Positions 36,404 through 45,564 of a DNA stretch of 64,000 bases are shown piece by piece. The notes beneath the pieces are model-generated. The model did no database searches and was not told where the DNA came from. It was given only the letters and a program-made list of their open reading frames with translations. Source of the DNA: Escherichia phage EcNP1; the sequence record NC_054910.1; one strand, given 5' to 3'. How positions within the stretch are numbered: position 1 is the first letter of the stretch; each line of letters starts with the position of its first letter. A program made the position numbers and the translations under genes.

Positions 36404-38497
36404 TTATCCTTGAACGAACTTGTAAGGCATGTTTGTAATATCTATGCAAGACGCAATAATTCCAAGAGATGATTCTACTTTCTGTTTAACGTTTGATGAA
36501 ACAAATGATGCAAAGTCAACTCTGTCTTCTATTTCAATATCACCTGTCATTGCAACTACTTCACCAGTTTCCATTAAATGGTCTCCATCATAAATTACTG
36601 ATTCGGTGAGTTCTTCTGTAGTCATAACTTCAGCTTGAATGAGTTTTGTATTATTAGATGTTGTTCCGTCATTATTAGAAGCATCAGTTATTTTATTAAC
36701 TTTGACCATCAATCCGCGCGGTAGAATAACTTCAGCTTCTGTTGCTATTCCGAGACTTCCTGGATATACAACATTAACTTTATGAGCTCCATCAATTGCC
36801 CATCCTATTTGAACTTTAACGTATTCAGGATTTTCTTTATACGCTCTTATTTCGTTTGGATTAATAGTTATTCCTTCTTCATTTTTATCAACTGTCAATT
36901 CATTACGAGCTTCTGGTTCTAAAAGACCAATACCAGCATGTGTAATTCCAAAACGTCCAAAAATGATAGGAGTTAAAGAAGTAGATACAAAATTTCTGAA
37001 ATAGAACACTTTATTTTTAACTAGTGCTTCGTATATAGGAGCAGTCATACTTTGAGCACGATAAACTGTAATGCCTTCTGGTATACGGTCACCATTTTCA
37101 AAAGCTGAATCTAAGTTATTTATAGCAGATTCAATTTCTTTTTCACTCATTACATCATATCGTTCTGGATTGTAGCGGCCTAAAAGAAGATTATTGATGT
37201 CAGTATATCCTGATCCACAATACTCTCTAATGCCGCGCTTTTGCGATGGAGTATATTTAGAACCATCGCGTGCAATGGTAATATCAATCATTGGACCTGC
37301 ACCAATTCCAGAAAAACTATAAATCATTCGTTTGAGGAATTTAGTTTTTGCTGCGTTCCAGGAATTTTTAGTTATTTCTTCCCAGACTTCATCTGGCTGT
37401 CCTTTACGGGTTTTATTATGTTTATCAAGCCATTTATCTTTGTATTCTTCAAAGAATTTATTAACAGCTGCTGCGTATTTCTCTAAACATTTTATTGAAG
37501 TAGTTGGTTCATTTTTAATCGCATTAAGAATTACATCTTTAATTTTTTCAGAAACTTCATTAACCTCACTTTTTGAAAAGAATTTATAGTCATAGTGAAG
37601 TTCATCTGCAGTTCCTTCAGCAATAATTTTTGCTGCCTTAGTTTTAGAAGCTAATGAATTAATTCCAAGCTTCATTTCTTCTGCTTCTGGAATTAAAGGA
37701 GCAGTAGCAGGTTTATTGAAATTAGCTGCAGTAGATTCATACTTCTGGAATAATTCGCTTTCAAATCTAGAAGATTCTAATGATTGACTTTGCGCAATTG
37801 CTCTACGGGAAATTTTAACTTTAACGATTACAGCTTGGTCAGAGCGTTTATCATTTTCTTGCGCAATAGATGCTGCAATTGCCTCATTTTTAGTTACTTG
37901 AGCACCAGTATCTTTATTGATATAAACATCGCCGACTTTTGATTCAACTTTAGTAAAGAGCTCGGTACTAATTTCCGGAACTCCCGGAATGTCTTCTAGT
38001 GATACATTTTTACGATGTATAAGAATATATGCATACTTTTTATCATAATCCCAGAGTTCCTTAAGAAGGACGTATCTGCCACCTGAACGACTACGGATAA
38101 GTCTATCAGCAATAACTTGAATTTGTCGAGCTTGACCAGCAGTTTTAGACTTAAGAATACGGAGCATACAGGCATCAATTTTATACTGACGCATCGTCTG
38201 CATTGCAACAGTAAAAACTGAATTGATATAATTAATTGGGCTTGGACCGAGACCTTTTAATTTAGCAATTGAACCTTTAGCAGTTAATGTAAAAGGAACA
38301 ATATGCATCATTTTATCGCCCATTTTTAAATCGCGATTAGTATCACCTCCAGATGTATAGGTACATAAACGAAAGCCTGGTTGTTCAATTGCGTCATCGA
38401 CATGAACTGAAAAAATTTGCGGTATTTTCTTCTTTGGATTTAAGTTTGTAATCGGAAGAGTAGTATCTTCGTCAAATAATTCTGTAATGAGTTCCAT
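36404..38497 (-). CDS. alt: Alt ADP-ribosyltransferase (packaged, injected)
   Basis: 697 aa from the second ATG (MELITELFDEDTTLPITNL..., SD GAGG 5 nt upstream); matches T4 Alt as recalled; motifs TVYRAQ, FVSTSL, EAEVILPRG. Confidence 0.93.
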   Translation of the reverse strand: MELITELFDEDTTLPITNLNPKKKIPQIFSVHVDDAIEQPGFRLCTYTSGGDTNRDLKMGDKMMHIVPFTLTAKGSIAKLKGLGPSPINYINSVFTVAMQTMRQYKIDACMLRILKSKTAGQARQIQVIADRLIRSRSGGRYVLLKELWDYDKKYAYILIHRKNVSLEDIPGVPEISTELFTKVESKVGDVYINKDTGAQVTKNEAIAASIAQENDKRSDQAVIVKVKISRRAIAQSQSLESSRFESELFQKYESTAANFNKPATAPLIPEAEEMKLGINSLASKTKAAKIIAEGTADELHYDYKFFSKSEVNEVSEKIKDVILNAIKNEPTTSIKCLEKYAAAVNKFFEEYKDKWLDKHNKTRKGQPDEVWEEITKNSWNAAKTKFLKRMIYSFSGIGAGPMIDITIARDGSKYTPSQKRGIREYCGSGYTDINNLLLGRYNPERYDVMSEKEIESAINNLDSAFENGDRIPEGITVYRAQSMTAPIYEALVKNKVFYFRNFVSTSLTPIIFGRFGITHAGIGLLEPEARNELTVDKNEEGITINPNEIRAYKENPEYVKVQIGWAIDGAHKVNVVYPGSLGIATEAEVILPRGLMVKVNKITDASNNDGTTSNNTKLIQAEVMTTEELTESVIYDGDHLMETGEVVAMTGDIEIEDRVDFASFVSSNVKQKVESSLGIIASCIDITNMPYKFVQG

Positions 38498-38520
38498 CAT
38501 ATCCTCTCTAGTGTTTATTC

Positions 38521-38528
38521 TATTTATA
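38521..38528 (-). promoter_or_regulatory. Late promoter core TATAAATA (alt)
   Basis: Reverse-complement TATAAATA 24 nt upstream of alt ATG (38497); Alt is a late, head-packaged protein in T4. Confidence 0.6.
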
Positions 38529-38549
38529 AAATTAAAGGCCCGAAGGCCT

Positions 38550-38738
38550 TTAATAATCTAGTGGTAAGAGAGTACGGTATATTTCAAACTTCGGACCTTT
38601 TTCATAGGCATCAAATGTTTCTGTAAATTTATTATAAGCATATGCATCTACAAATTCAAGAACGATTTGTGATACAGAAGTAGAAACATCTCCACCTTCT
38701 TTTTGAGCAACGACAATTGTTTCTAAGTAAGCTTTCAT
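38550..38738 (-). CDS. Small acidic hypothetical protein
   Basis: 62-aa ORF; its start overlaps the gene 30 stop; a hairpin overlaps its own stop. Confidence 0.55.
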   Translation of the reverse strand: MKAYLETIVVAQKEGGDVSTSVSQIVLEFVDAYAYNKFTETFDAYEKGPKFEIYRTLLPLDY

Positions 38739-40195
38739 AGACCAGTTACCTCATGAAAATCACCAAATACATCCTCGAATGTATTAGCTTTAGTTTTATC
38801 TTCACGTAAACGAATCGCAATTGGAAGAAATAATTTAACGTAATCAGTGCGGCCATCAGATTTTAACCAACCATTGCATTCGCACTCTAGAATTTTTCCA
38901 ATATAATAATTTTGGTTTTCCATAATGCGAGTACGGTCAAGTTCATGTGATTTTACACCAGCTTTATCTTTTAAACCTGAACCAGCGTTTACTTTAATTT
39001 TTCCGCATTCTGATTCAAGAATAAATCCACCTGCTTTAGTAGGGTCTTTACGGTGAGGATAAATTCCTACAATTTTTAAATCAACATCAATTACTTCTTT
39101 AAATTTATAGAGATTTTTTGAACGAGCATTTTCCCACAATCCATCGGTATTTTTGAGAATAATACCTTCAAGACCTCGGTCAATATATTTTTTATAAATT
39201 ACCTTAGCTTCATCTAGGTTATTTACTACCTGGTTTTCAATTAAAATTACTTTATCATATCCTGATGTCATTTGTTCTAGTTTAGAAAAACGTACATCAT
39301 ATTTTAAACGAAACGCCGGAAGACCGTATATTTCTACCAACGGGACATAATCCCAGACCTGAAACTTCATGCATTTGGCTTCTTTTTCAGAAATGGTTCC
39401 CTTTAAAGATTTATTGGCAATTCCATTAGAAGCAGTACGAGATTCAGCTACTTCGGCAAACTCTTTAGCTTTACTGATTTCAGGAGCATCAAAAAGAAAA
39501 TCTAGGCCTTCTGGTTCCTTTTCAACTTGCTCATGGTATACTAATTCGCCATCAATTAACACACCTTCTGGATGAATCTGGCGGGCTTCAGCAGTCATTT
39601 TGATTAACTCTTCCTTAAGAAGATCTAATCCTAGATATTCATTACCAGCTCGCGATAAAAGACGAACATCATCTAATTCATCGCCTCGGACTTCAGCAAA
39701 ACACCGAGCTCCATCTGCTTTTAACTGCGCAAAAGCTGGAAACTTGATATTCTTACTAATGCCTTTTTCATCATAAGAACTTGCCAGCATTTGAGGTTGT
39801 TCAGGAATTAAACCTGGCCAAACTTTGTTTGCAATAGATACTGAAGCACCACATTCAAGGTCTCGCATCATAACTCGACGCAAAACTTCAACATCATCCT
39901 TTTTACCATCGGTGATATATCCAGTTAATTCCTCAATTGCTGCATTGCCAGTTAATTTCCGAGTAGCTAACGTGAATTCAATGAAGTCAAGCATATCGGT
40001 AATAGTCAGCATTCCAAAACTCTGGGTAGCAATACCAGGTTTAGGCCATTTCTTGATATAATACTGTAACCCACGAGAATAAGTCAGACGATATACTCGT
40101 TTAAGCAATTCATTATCTTTATTCTTTTCAAGAATTGCTTGCTTCTGCTTAGTTGATCCGATAGATGCTATTTCATTCAGAATTTTAAGAATCAT
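38735..40195 (-). CDS. 30: ATP-dependent DNA ligase gp30
   Basis: 486 aa; adenylation motif KADG (AQLKADGARCF); near-identical to T4 DNA ligase as recalled. Confidence 0.96.
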   Translation of the reverse strand: MILKILNEIASIGSTKQKQAILEKNKDNELLKRVYRLTYSRGLQYYIKKWPKPGIATQSFGMLTITDMLDFIEFTLATRKLTGNAAIEELTGYITDGKKDDVEVLRRVMMRDLECGASVSIANKVWPGLIPEQPQMLASSYDEKGISKNIKFPAFAQLKADGARCFAEVRGDELDDVRLLSRAGNEYLGLDLLKEELIKMTAEARQIHPEGVLIDGELVYHEQVEKEPEGLDFLFDAPEISKAKEFAEVAESRTASNGIANKSLKGTISEKEAKCMKFQVWDYVPLVEIYGLPAFRLKYDVRFSKLEQMTSGYDKVILIENQVVNNLDEAKVIYKKYIDRGLEGIILKNTDGLWENARSKNLYKFKEVIDVDLKIVGIYPHRKDPTKAGGFILESECGKIKVNAGSGLKDKAGVKSHELDRTRIMENQNYYIGKILECECNGWLKSDGRTDYVKLFLPIAIRLREDKTKANTFEDVFGDFHEVTGL

Positions 40196-40461
40196 TGCTC
40201 ATCCTTCAAGGTTTGGTTTACAGCTCTATTATAAATCAATTCATCATTAAGCTCAGGCAAAGACTTATGATATGTAGTTCTAACTTTATTTCCTTGCATC
40301 CAGTGCTTGACGTAAATGAAACCTTGCTCTACACATTTTTTAAAAATTCGTTCGTCTTTTTGAGCTCGAAATTCTGGATTGCATCTAAAAAATTGATTTA
40401 CGTGACCGTAATCACGTGTAGTATTACCTTCATTTTCATAAATAGTGTGAACGACAAACAT
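40192..40461 (-). CDS. Hypothetical protein (30.x cluster)
   Basis: 89-aa ORF, ATGA-coupled to gene 30; same strand as the cluster. Confidence 0.65.
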   Translation of the reverse strand: MFVVHTIYENEGNTTRDYGHVNQFFRCNPEFRAQKDERIFKKCVEQGFIYVKHWMQGNKVRTTYHKSLPELNDELIYNRAVNQTLKDEQ

Positions 40462-41300
40462 TAGAATGCTCCTTGAAAAATATTATCACCACTAGTAGGT
40501 CTATTATACAAATACTCTATGCCACCAGGTTTAATATAGTTCCATGTCTGAAACGGATGTGTCTGATATGGATGATATAGATGATTATAAGGATTTAATC
40601 CAAGCGTTCTCCAGGTAGTGTTCCAAGGAAAAGAATCGTTTTTAACCATCTTCTCAATTAAATCTTTTATAGCTTTTTCACTATCAAAACTTTCTTTATT
40701 TTCCTTCGGCGAAAAAAGCTTATTTTCTACATCATTCCATGTATAAACTCGCTGCGCAGTTTTTGGAATATTGTCACGCTCTCCTCGAGCCATCCAATAA
40801 ACTGGAACATTTAATATTTCACTCGCATGATCGCAGTGATGAGCGAGATCGTCAATATAACAAATTACGTTATATTTCTCTTTTGCCTTTTTGAACAGCT
40901 CTTCTTTTGAAGAATCATGACCACACATCATTACTTCTGAGAAGGCACCGGGAAAAAGAGCATTCAAATTAAATTGACGATTCAACAGAGCGTCAATAGA
41001 ATCACCCAATGCTGTAACAGCTACAAAATTATAATCTTCTTTTAATTTGTTAATTACACACAGGGCATCTTTATACGGAGACAAGTAACGAATAAAATCT
41101 GAACGATTGTATTTTTCAATTAACTTGACGCCAAGTTCTTCGTCACAATTAAAGAGTTTACCTGGAGAAATAAATTTCTCATCTTGGATCATTTTTAAAA
41201 TATGTTCTAATGGAAGATTATATTTTTGAGCAAAATAAGGAAGGCCTGATTGCCAGCTTAAACAAACTCCATCAATATCAGTTAAAATAGTTGGCTTCAT
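40461..41300 (-). CDS. HAD-superfamily hydrolase-like protein (30.x cluster)
   Basis: 279-aa ORF; N-terminal ILTDIDGV (HAD motif I, DxDG) and later ICYIDD (motif IV-like). Confidence 0.75.
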   Translation of the reverse strand: MKPTILTDIDGVCLSWQSGLPYFAQKYNLPLEHILKMIQDEKFISPGKLFNCDEELGVKLIEKYNRSDFIRYLSPYKDALCVINKLKEDYNFVAVTALGDSIDALLNRQFNLNALFPGAFSEVMMCGHDSSKEELFKKAKEKYNVICYIDDLAHHCDHASEILNVPVYWMARGERDNIPKTAQRVYTWNDVENKLFSPKENKESFDSEKAIKDLIEKMVKNDSFPWNTTWRTLGLNPYNHLYHPYQTHPFQTWNYIKPGGIEYLYNRPTSGDNIFQGAF

Positions 41301-41761
41301 AGAGAGTCTCTTAATAGGTTTAACACATCAATAAATTCAGCTTCGGTTAGTATTGTATCATCTTTTGTTAGACCACTAGCCATGCTGTGCTTCAAAACTT
41401 TTCCTTTCGAGGCTTGTAATGCATCACGAAAGCCCCTGTTTTGGATCGCTGCTTCAAAATATGCATTTGTGTATAATTCTTTCCATGCTGGAGAGTATCT
41501 TGAAAATGGAACTCCAAGCCAGAACAACGTGCCACGGTCCTGAGCTCTAGCATAAGCTCGTCCAGCTTTTTGCGCGTCCAATCCGGACATCCCAAATATA
41601 CGTCTTTGCTGTTCAACATTTTTCACCTTACATCCTTGGAGGAATCCTTCGAGACCTCCAAATTGGATACCATCCATAACGAAAGGCCATTGGGCGAAAT
41701 TGCTTAATGCACATGATGGCCATCTAAAATTGCTTCTAATCTCTAGCTCAGACATTTTCAA
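41297..41761 (-). CDS. Hypothetical protein (30.x cluster)
   Basis: 154-aa ORF, ATGA-coupled to neighbours. Confidence 0.7.
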   Translation of the reverse strand: MKMSELEIRSNFRWPSCALSNFAQWPFVMDGIQFGGLEGFLQGCKVKNVEQQRRIFGMSGLDAQKAGRAYARAQDRGTLFWLGVPFSRYSPAWKELYTNAYFEAAIQNRGFRDALQASKGKVLKHSMASGLTKDDTILTEAEFIDVLNLLRDSL

Positions 41762-41954
41762 TACTTATAATTTCAACATCAGCCCAATGACCATAGCAAG
41801 GAAGACGAAATTCAATTGGCCAGTTAGGGTCCTTTTCTAATATAATAGACTTAACTTGCGGTTCTTCATGTTCATCGGTATACGGACCTTTATATGTTAC
41901 TTTATATGTAACCTTAATGTACTGAATTCCAAAAATCTTATTAATTATATTCAT
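41748..41954 (-). CDS. Hypothetical protein (30.x cluster)
   Basis: 68-aa ORF, overlaps neighbours at both ends. Confidence 0.55.
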   Translation of the reverse strand: MNIINKIFGIQYIKVTYKVTYKGPYTDEHEEPQVKSIILEKDPNWPIEFRLPCYGHWADVEIISIENV

Positions 41955-42148
41955 ACTAATTCCTTTAATCCATAGATAGGAGATAATTCATCACCCATAC
42001 GAAGGTCTTCATTTCCATCTACCCAGGAAACAATATAAGCTTCTTTTATTTGAACGTCTCTCCATTTAAATGGAGGTAGAACCTTAGAAATTAATCCAGG
42101 TATACCGACTCCCTTTAATTCAACAGTTTGACCTAAAAAGAATTTCAT
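41951..42148 (-). CDS. Hypothetical protein (30.x cluster)
   Basis: 65-aa ORF in coupled series. Confidence 0.55.
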   Translation of the reverse strand: MKFFLGQTVELKGVGIPGLISKVLPPFKWRDVQIKEAYIVSWVDGNEDLRMGDELSPIYGLKELV

Positions 42149-42429
42149 TAGAACCTCATCTGAAAACCGTGCGATTTAACATTACCGCCGCCAATGTCAG
42201 AAATGTTAATTTCACGCGCAATTGAAGGGTCAATGTCAATTTCACGATTGAGTTTAGTGATAGCTAGAGTATCACGCCCATTTACAGTACGGAACTCTAA
42301 GGGGCAGACTACATTGACGTAGTTTTTAATCGATTCACTGGTAGGTTGCAAATGAGCAGGAAGGTCTTTAGGCGCCTTAGAGAAAACTACTTCACAGAAA
42401 TTTTTGCGGGTATCAAAATAAGTAGTCAT
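42148..42429 (-). CDS. Hypothetical protein (30.x cluster)
   Basis: 93 aa from ATG at 42429; the track start at 42486 is TTG and would run through an intergenic hairpin. Start uncertain. Confidence 0.5.
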   Translation of the reverse strand: MTTYFDTRKNFCEVVFSKAPKDLPAHLQPTSESIKNYVNVVCPLEFRTVNGRDTLAITKLNREIDIDPSIAREINISDIGGGNVKSHGFQMRF

Positions 42430-42475
42430 AAACACAGTATTTTCCTCAGTAAGGGGCCGAAGCCCCTGTTTTATT

Positions 42476-42841
42476 TTAAATATCAAATTCGTTAAGAACT
42501 ACATCAAAGATTGCTTCAAGATGCTCAGGTTTAGCTCTGTTACTCAGAATATGACGAATCCAAGTTTTAACCAGAAGCTTACGATTAACGCCGTTCCAGC
42601 AAGGATGGGTACCTAAATCACGTTGACGAAAATCATCATCTAATGCGATTTTAAAAGAAGAACCTTCTTTCGTGATTGAAACCGTGATGCCATTTTCAAA
42701 TCGCATATAAACGTAATTAGGAGTCATATACTGTTCAATTTCGCATACTGATCCATTTTGATGTTTCCAAAGGCAGATAGTATCAATAGAACCTGCAATA
42801 CCATTAGAAACATATTTACGTTCAAAGTTGATGTAGTTCAT
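42476..42841 (-). CDS. Hypothetical protein (30.x cluster)
   Basis: 121-aa ORF, same strand as the cluster. Confidence 0.6.
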   Translation of the reverse strand: MNYINFERKYVSNGIAGSIDTICLWKHQNGSVCEIEQYMTPNYVYMRFENGITVSITKEGSSFKIALDDDFRQRDLGTHPCWNGVNRKLLVKTWIRHILSNRAKPEHLEAIFDVVLNEFDI

Positions 42842-42909
42842 TTTTATTCTCCGAGATGTTTAATTGCGGTACAGGTATATAATATCATATCCTGTACCAA
42901 AGTAAACAA

Positions 42910-43242
42910 TTATTTTACTACTTTCCAGTGCTGCATGTCAAGTTTGCCAACTTTTTTCATCTTCTCAATTAAGCGTTCTGCACGTTGGCGAGCTGTAACA
43001 TAATACCATTCACCTAATTCATTTTGTTCAATTTTTCCAACGATTACTGTATTCAATTCATAAATCCAACCGGTAAAGAAATTATGAACTTGAATTGTAA
43101 AGGTGAAATCTGTTCCCATACCTTCTGTTGTTTCTACTTCAATAATATCACCTTCAACTGCCATTAAGAACCACATAGTTTCGTTATATTCACCATTGAA
43201 ACATTTAGCTTTAACCGCAGCGTTCAGATTAATCGTTTTCAT
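42910..43242 (-). CDS. Hypothetical protein (30.x cluster)
   Basis: 110-aa ORF, same strand as the cluster. Confidence 0.6.
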   Translation of the reverse strand: MKTINLNAAVKAKCFNGEYNETMWFLMAVEGDIIEVETTEGMGTDFTFTIQVHNFFTGWIYELNTVIVGKIEQNELGEWYYVTARQRAERLIEKMKKVGKLDMQHWKVVK

Positions 43243-43317
43243 TTTATTCTCCTTTGTTTGTGTAAGATAATATTATCACAAAGGAACCATACTGTAAACA
43301 ACTTTGTGCAATCTTTG

Positions 43318-43346
43318 GAAAATAAAAAAGGACTCCCGAAGGAGTC
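43318..43346 (-). terminator. Intrinsic terminator downstream of the basic small ORF
   Basis: Minus strand hairpin GGACTCC-TTCG-GGAGTCC then TTTTTTATTTT. Confidence 0.75.
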
Positions 43347-43352
43347 CTCAAC

Positions 43353-43529
43353 TTATGCTTTCTGCTTACCAAAACGAGAAGCATCATCTCGAAGAACCGC
43401 ACGTGCTCGGCGCATGATCTTCTCAACAGTTTGATTGATACGAGAGTTCGACCCACGCTTGTAGCCAGCGCGTTTAGAATCACCAACTTTCTTTTCAACT
43501 GCTTTCTTTGCTTTAGCTTGTTTTGCCAT
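43353..43529 (-). CDS. Small highly basic protein (30.x cluster)
   Basis: 58 aa from ATG at 43529 (MAKQAKAKKAVEKKVGDSKRAGYKRG...); terminator hairpin plus T-run directly downstream. Confidence 0.55.
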   Translation of the reverse strand: MAKQAKAKKAVEKKVGDSKRAGYKRGSNSRINQTVEKIMRRARAVLRDDASRFGKQKA

Positions 43530-43649
43530 TATAAATTCTCTTTTAAATGAAAATGCAGGACTTATTGGCATTGCCTGCGCAAGCCCTCAAGGGGAACATA
43601 GGTTTTTGAATATTTAACGACCAGGATAACCATAAACCCGTCATCATAC

Positions 43650-43898
43650 TTACTTCAGTGTTACCACAAAGTGACGAACTGCTTTTCGTGCGGCAGAAGC
43701 CAAAGGCTTAGCATATTTAAGTTCATCTTTTTCCTGAAGCTCAGCAGCTAATGCAGTTTGAGCAGGATTCAGATGTTTGAAATAACGCAGGATTTCAAGA
43801 GCTTCGGCTTCAACATCAATAGATGCGCCATAGTTTTCGTGACCATTATTCCATGCGTTTCGTTGCAGTTCAAGAGCGTGTTGTAATTGTTTAATCAT
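43650..43898 (-). CDS. rIII: Lysis inhibition accessory protein rIII
   Basis: 82 aa, same length as T4 rIII; sequence as recalled. Confidence 0.9.
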   Translation of the reverse strand: MIKQLQHALELQRNAWNNGHENYGASIDVEAEALEILRYFKHLNPAQTALAAELQEKDELKYAKPLASAARKAVRHFVVTLK

Positions 43899-44045
43899 TT
43901 AAAAATTCTCGTTAGAGATTAAAACTCGGTAGTCACGTTCTTCTGAATTTCATCTTCTTTCGACAGATCTCTCAGTTGTAGACTACCACGTAGAATTGTT
44001 CGGTTAACTTATTATTCCGACACCCAATTCATATTATTATTTATA

Positions 44046-44381
44046 TCACTTATAAAGACACGGAATAGCTTTATAGTGACAGGTAACGAATTTTTGTTTA
44101 ATTTCTTTTGGCTGCTTAAGTCCCAGAGCTACAAAAGGATGCGGAACGTTTCGAATTTGACCAACTGGAAGAGAAGTCAAATCACCAACTTCGCAGAAAC
44201 CTTCAGGAACATCAGGACCAACGGAGTGAACTACACACAGTTCAGGAACTTCACCTTGAACACGTTTACCGATAATAAGTCCTGATTCTGTAACTTCTTC
44301 ATCACCGGCTTGCGCAGGTTCAGAAACTAAAATAACGTATTCACCGACAGCACGAATTGGTAGCTGTTGTACTTCAGACAT
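44046..44381 (-). CDS. 31: Head assembly co-chaperonin gp31 (GroES-like)
   Basis: 111 aa, same length as T4 gp31. Confidence 0.93.
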
Positions 44382-44437
44382 CGTTTTTCCTTTTTGTTAA
44401 CAGATGAATTAATAATAACAAATAATTCTTAAAGCAT

Positions 44438-44746
44438 TTATTTACCAATAAATTGAAGCAAATGCTCAACTTTCATACCATTAACGGAAATCAATTTGTC
44501 AATAGAAAAACCTCGCCATGCACCAAGCTCAACATCAAATACTGGAATCATATCAGTAGATTCTTTCCGAGTAGATTCAGTCAATTTACCGGTTTGCATG
44601 GTTGGCATAAAATCGGCATCACGAGTACCTTTCATAGTACGAATAGTACCATCAGACTTTTCAAAAACTATGTTTGAAATACCCATGGACAATTTAGTTT
44701 TCAAAATTTCACGAATTGCTACTTTTTGTTCAGTTGTCAGTTTCAT
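44438..44746 (-). CDS. Hypothetical protein (T4 31.1 position)
   Basis: 102-aa ORF between cd and gene 31. Confidence 0.65.
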   Translation of the reverse strand: MKLTTEQKVAIREILKTKLSMGISNIVFEKSDGTIRTMKGTRDADFMPTMQTGKLTESTRKESTDMIPVFDVELGAWRGFSIDKLISVNGMKVEHLLQFIGK

Positions 44747-44983
44747 TTATTTACCTATTACAGTTTTAATATGGGTTGTTCCACGTTCTTTAAGAGTGGA
44801 AAGCAATTTTTGGCATTTTTCTAAATCAGATTTCCAACTATACGGCCTATCAATACTAGTCCAATCAGTTTTATAATACTGTTTCCATTTAGAGAAAAAA
44901 TACTTCTTATACTCTACAGCAAATGAAATGTTCTCATTAGAATAAGAACTAATTGCTGTGAGCTGTACCAAACGAAATTTCAT
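44747..44983 (-). CDS. Hypothetical protein (T4 31.2 position)
   Basis: 78-aa ORF; start overlaps cd stop. Confidence 0.6.
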   Translation of the reverse strand: MKFRLVQLTAISSYSNENISFAVEYKKYFFSKWKQYYKTDWTSIDRPYSWKSDLEKCQKLLSTLKERGTTHIKTVIGK

Positions 44984-45564
44984 TATTCACCACAGAATTC
45001 GTTGATATTTTCCCAGTTTAACTTATTTAAGTTTTTCTTAGGAACATTAAACACTTCAATACCTGCATTTCGCAGAATATCATCCCAGCCAGGTTTATTT
45101 TTATCGTATGTTTCGCAATAAACCAGCTTTTTAATACCAGATTGAGCTATCGCTTTTGCGCAATCTGGGCAAGGAGAAAGTGTTACATACATAATAGCAC
45201 CTTCAATTGAAGAACCGTTTCGTGCAGCAAACAAAATCGCATTTAGTTCAGCATGAATTTCATTTTTAGACGACCATTCAGAGTGCGCGCTACGGTGTTC
45301 TTTCGCCAAGACAAAACGATCAGTTGAACCAAACGATACACATTCAGGCTTATGACCTTGAATGATAGTATGTTTAGGCTTATTCAGCAACCAGCCTTGT
45401 TCAGCAGCATAATCACAGCAATTCACACCGCCTGCAGGCGAACCGTTATATCCAGTAGAAATAATACGTCCATTCTTTTCAATTACTGCTCCTACCTTCC
45501 AGGAGCAACATTTGGATTCTTGTGATACTAAATATGCAATTTGAAGTACTGTACTCGCTTTCAT
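44983..45564 (-). CDS. cd: dCMP deaminase
   Basis: 193 aa; zinc-binding deaminase motifs HAELNAI and SPCPDCAKAI. Confidence 0.95.
   Translation of the reverse strand: MKASTVLQIAYLVSQESKCCSWKVGAVIEKNGRIISTGYNGSPAGGVNCCDYAAEQGWLLNKPKHTIIQGHKPECVSFGSTDRFVLAKEHRSAHSEWSSKNEIHAELNAILFAARNGSSIEGAIMYVTLSPCPDCAKAIAQSGIKKLVYCETYDKNKPGWDDILRNAGIEVFNVPKKNLNKLNWENINEFCGE

Noticed and set aside
43244-43498. 84-aa minus-strand ORF overlapping the basic small ORF in another frame
   Set aside because: Would span the terminator hairpin at 43329..43346; translation looks random; the alternative frame has the plausible ATG and SD.
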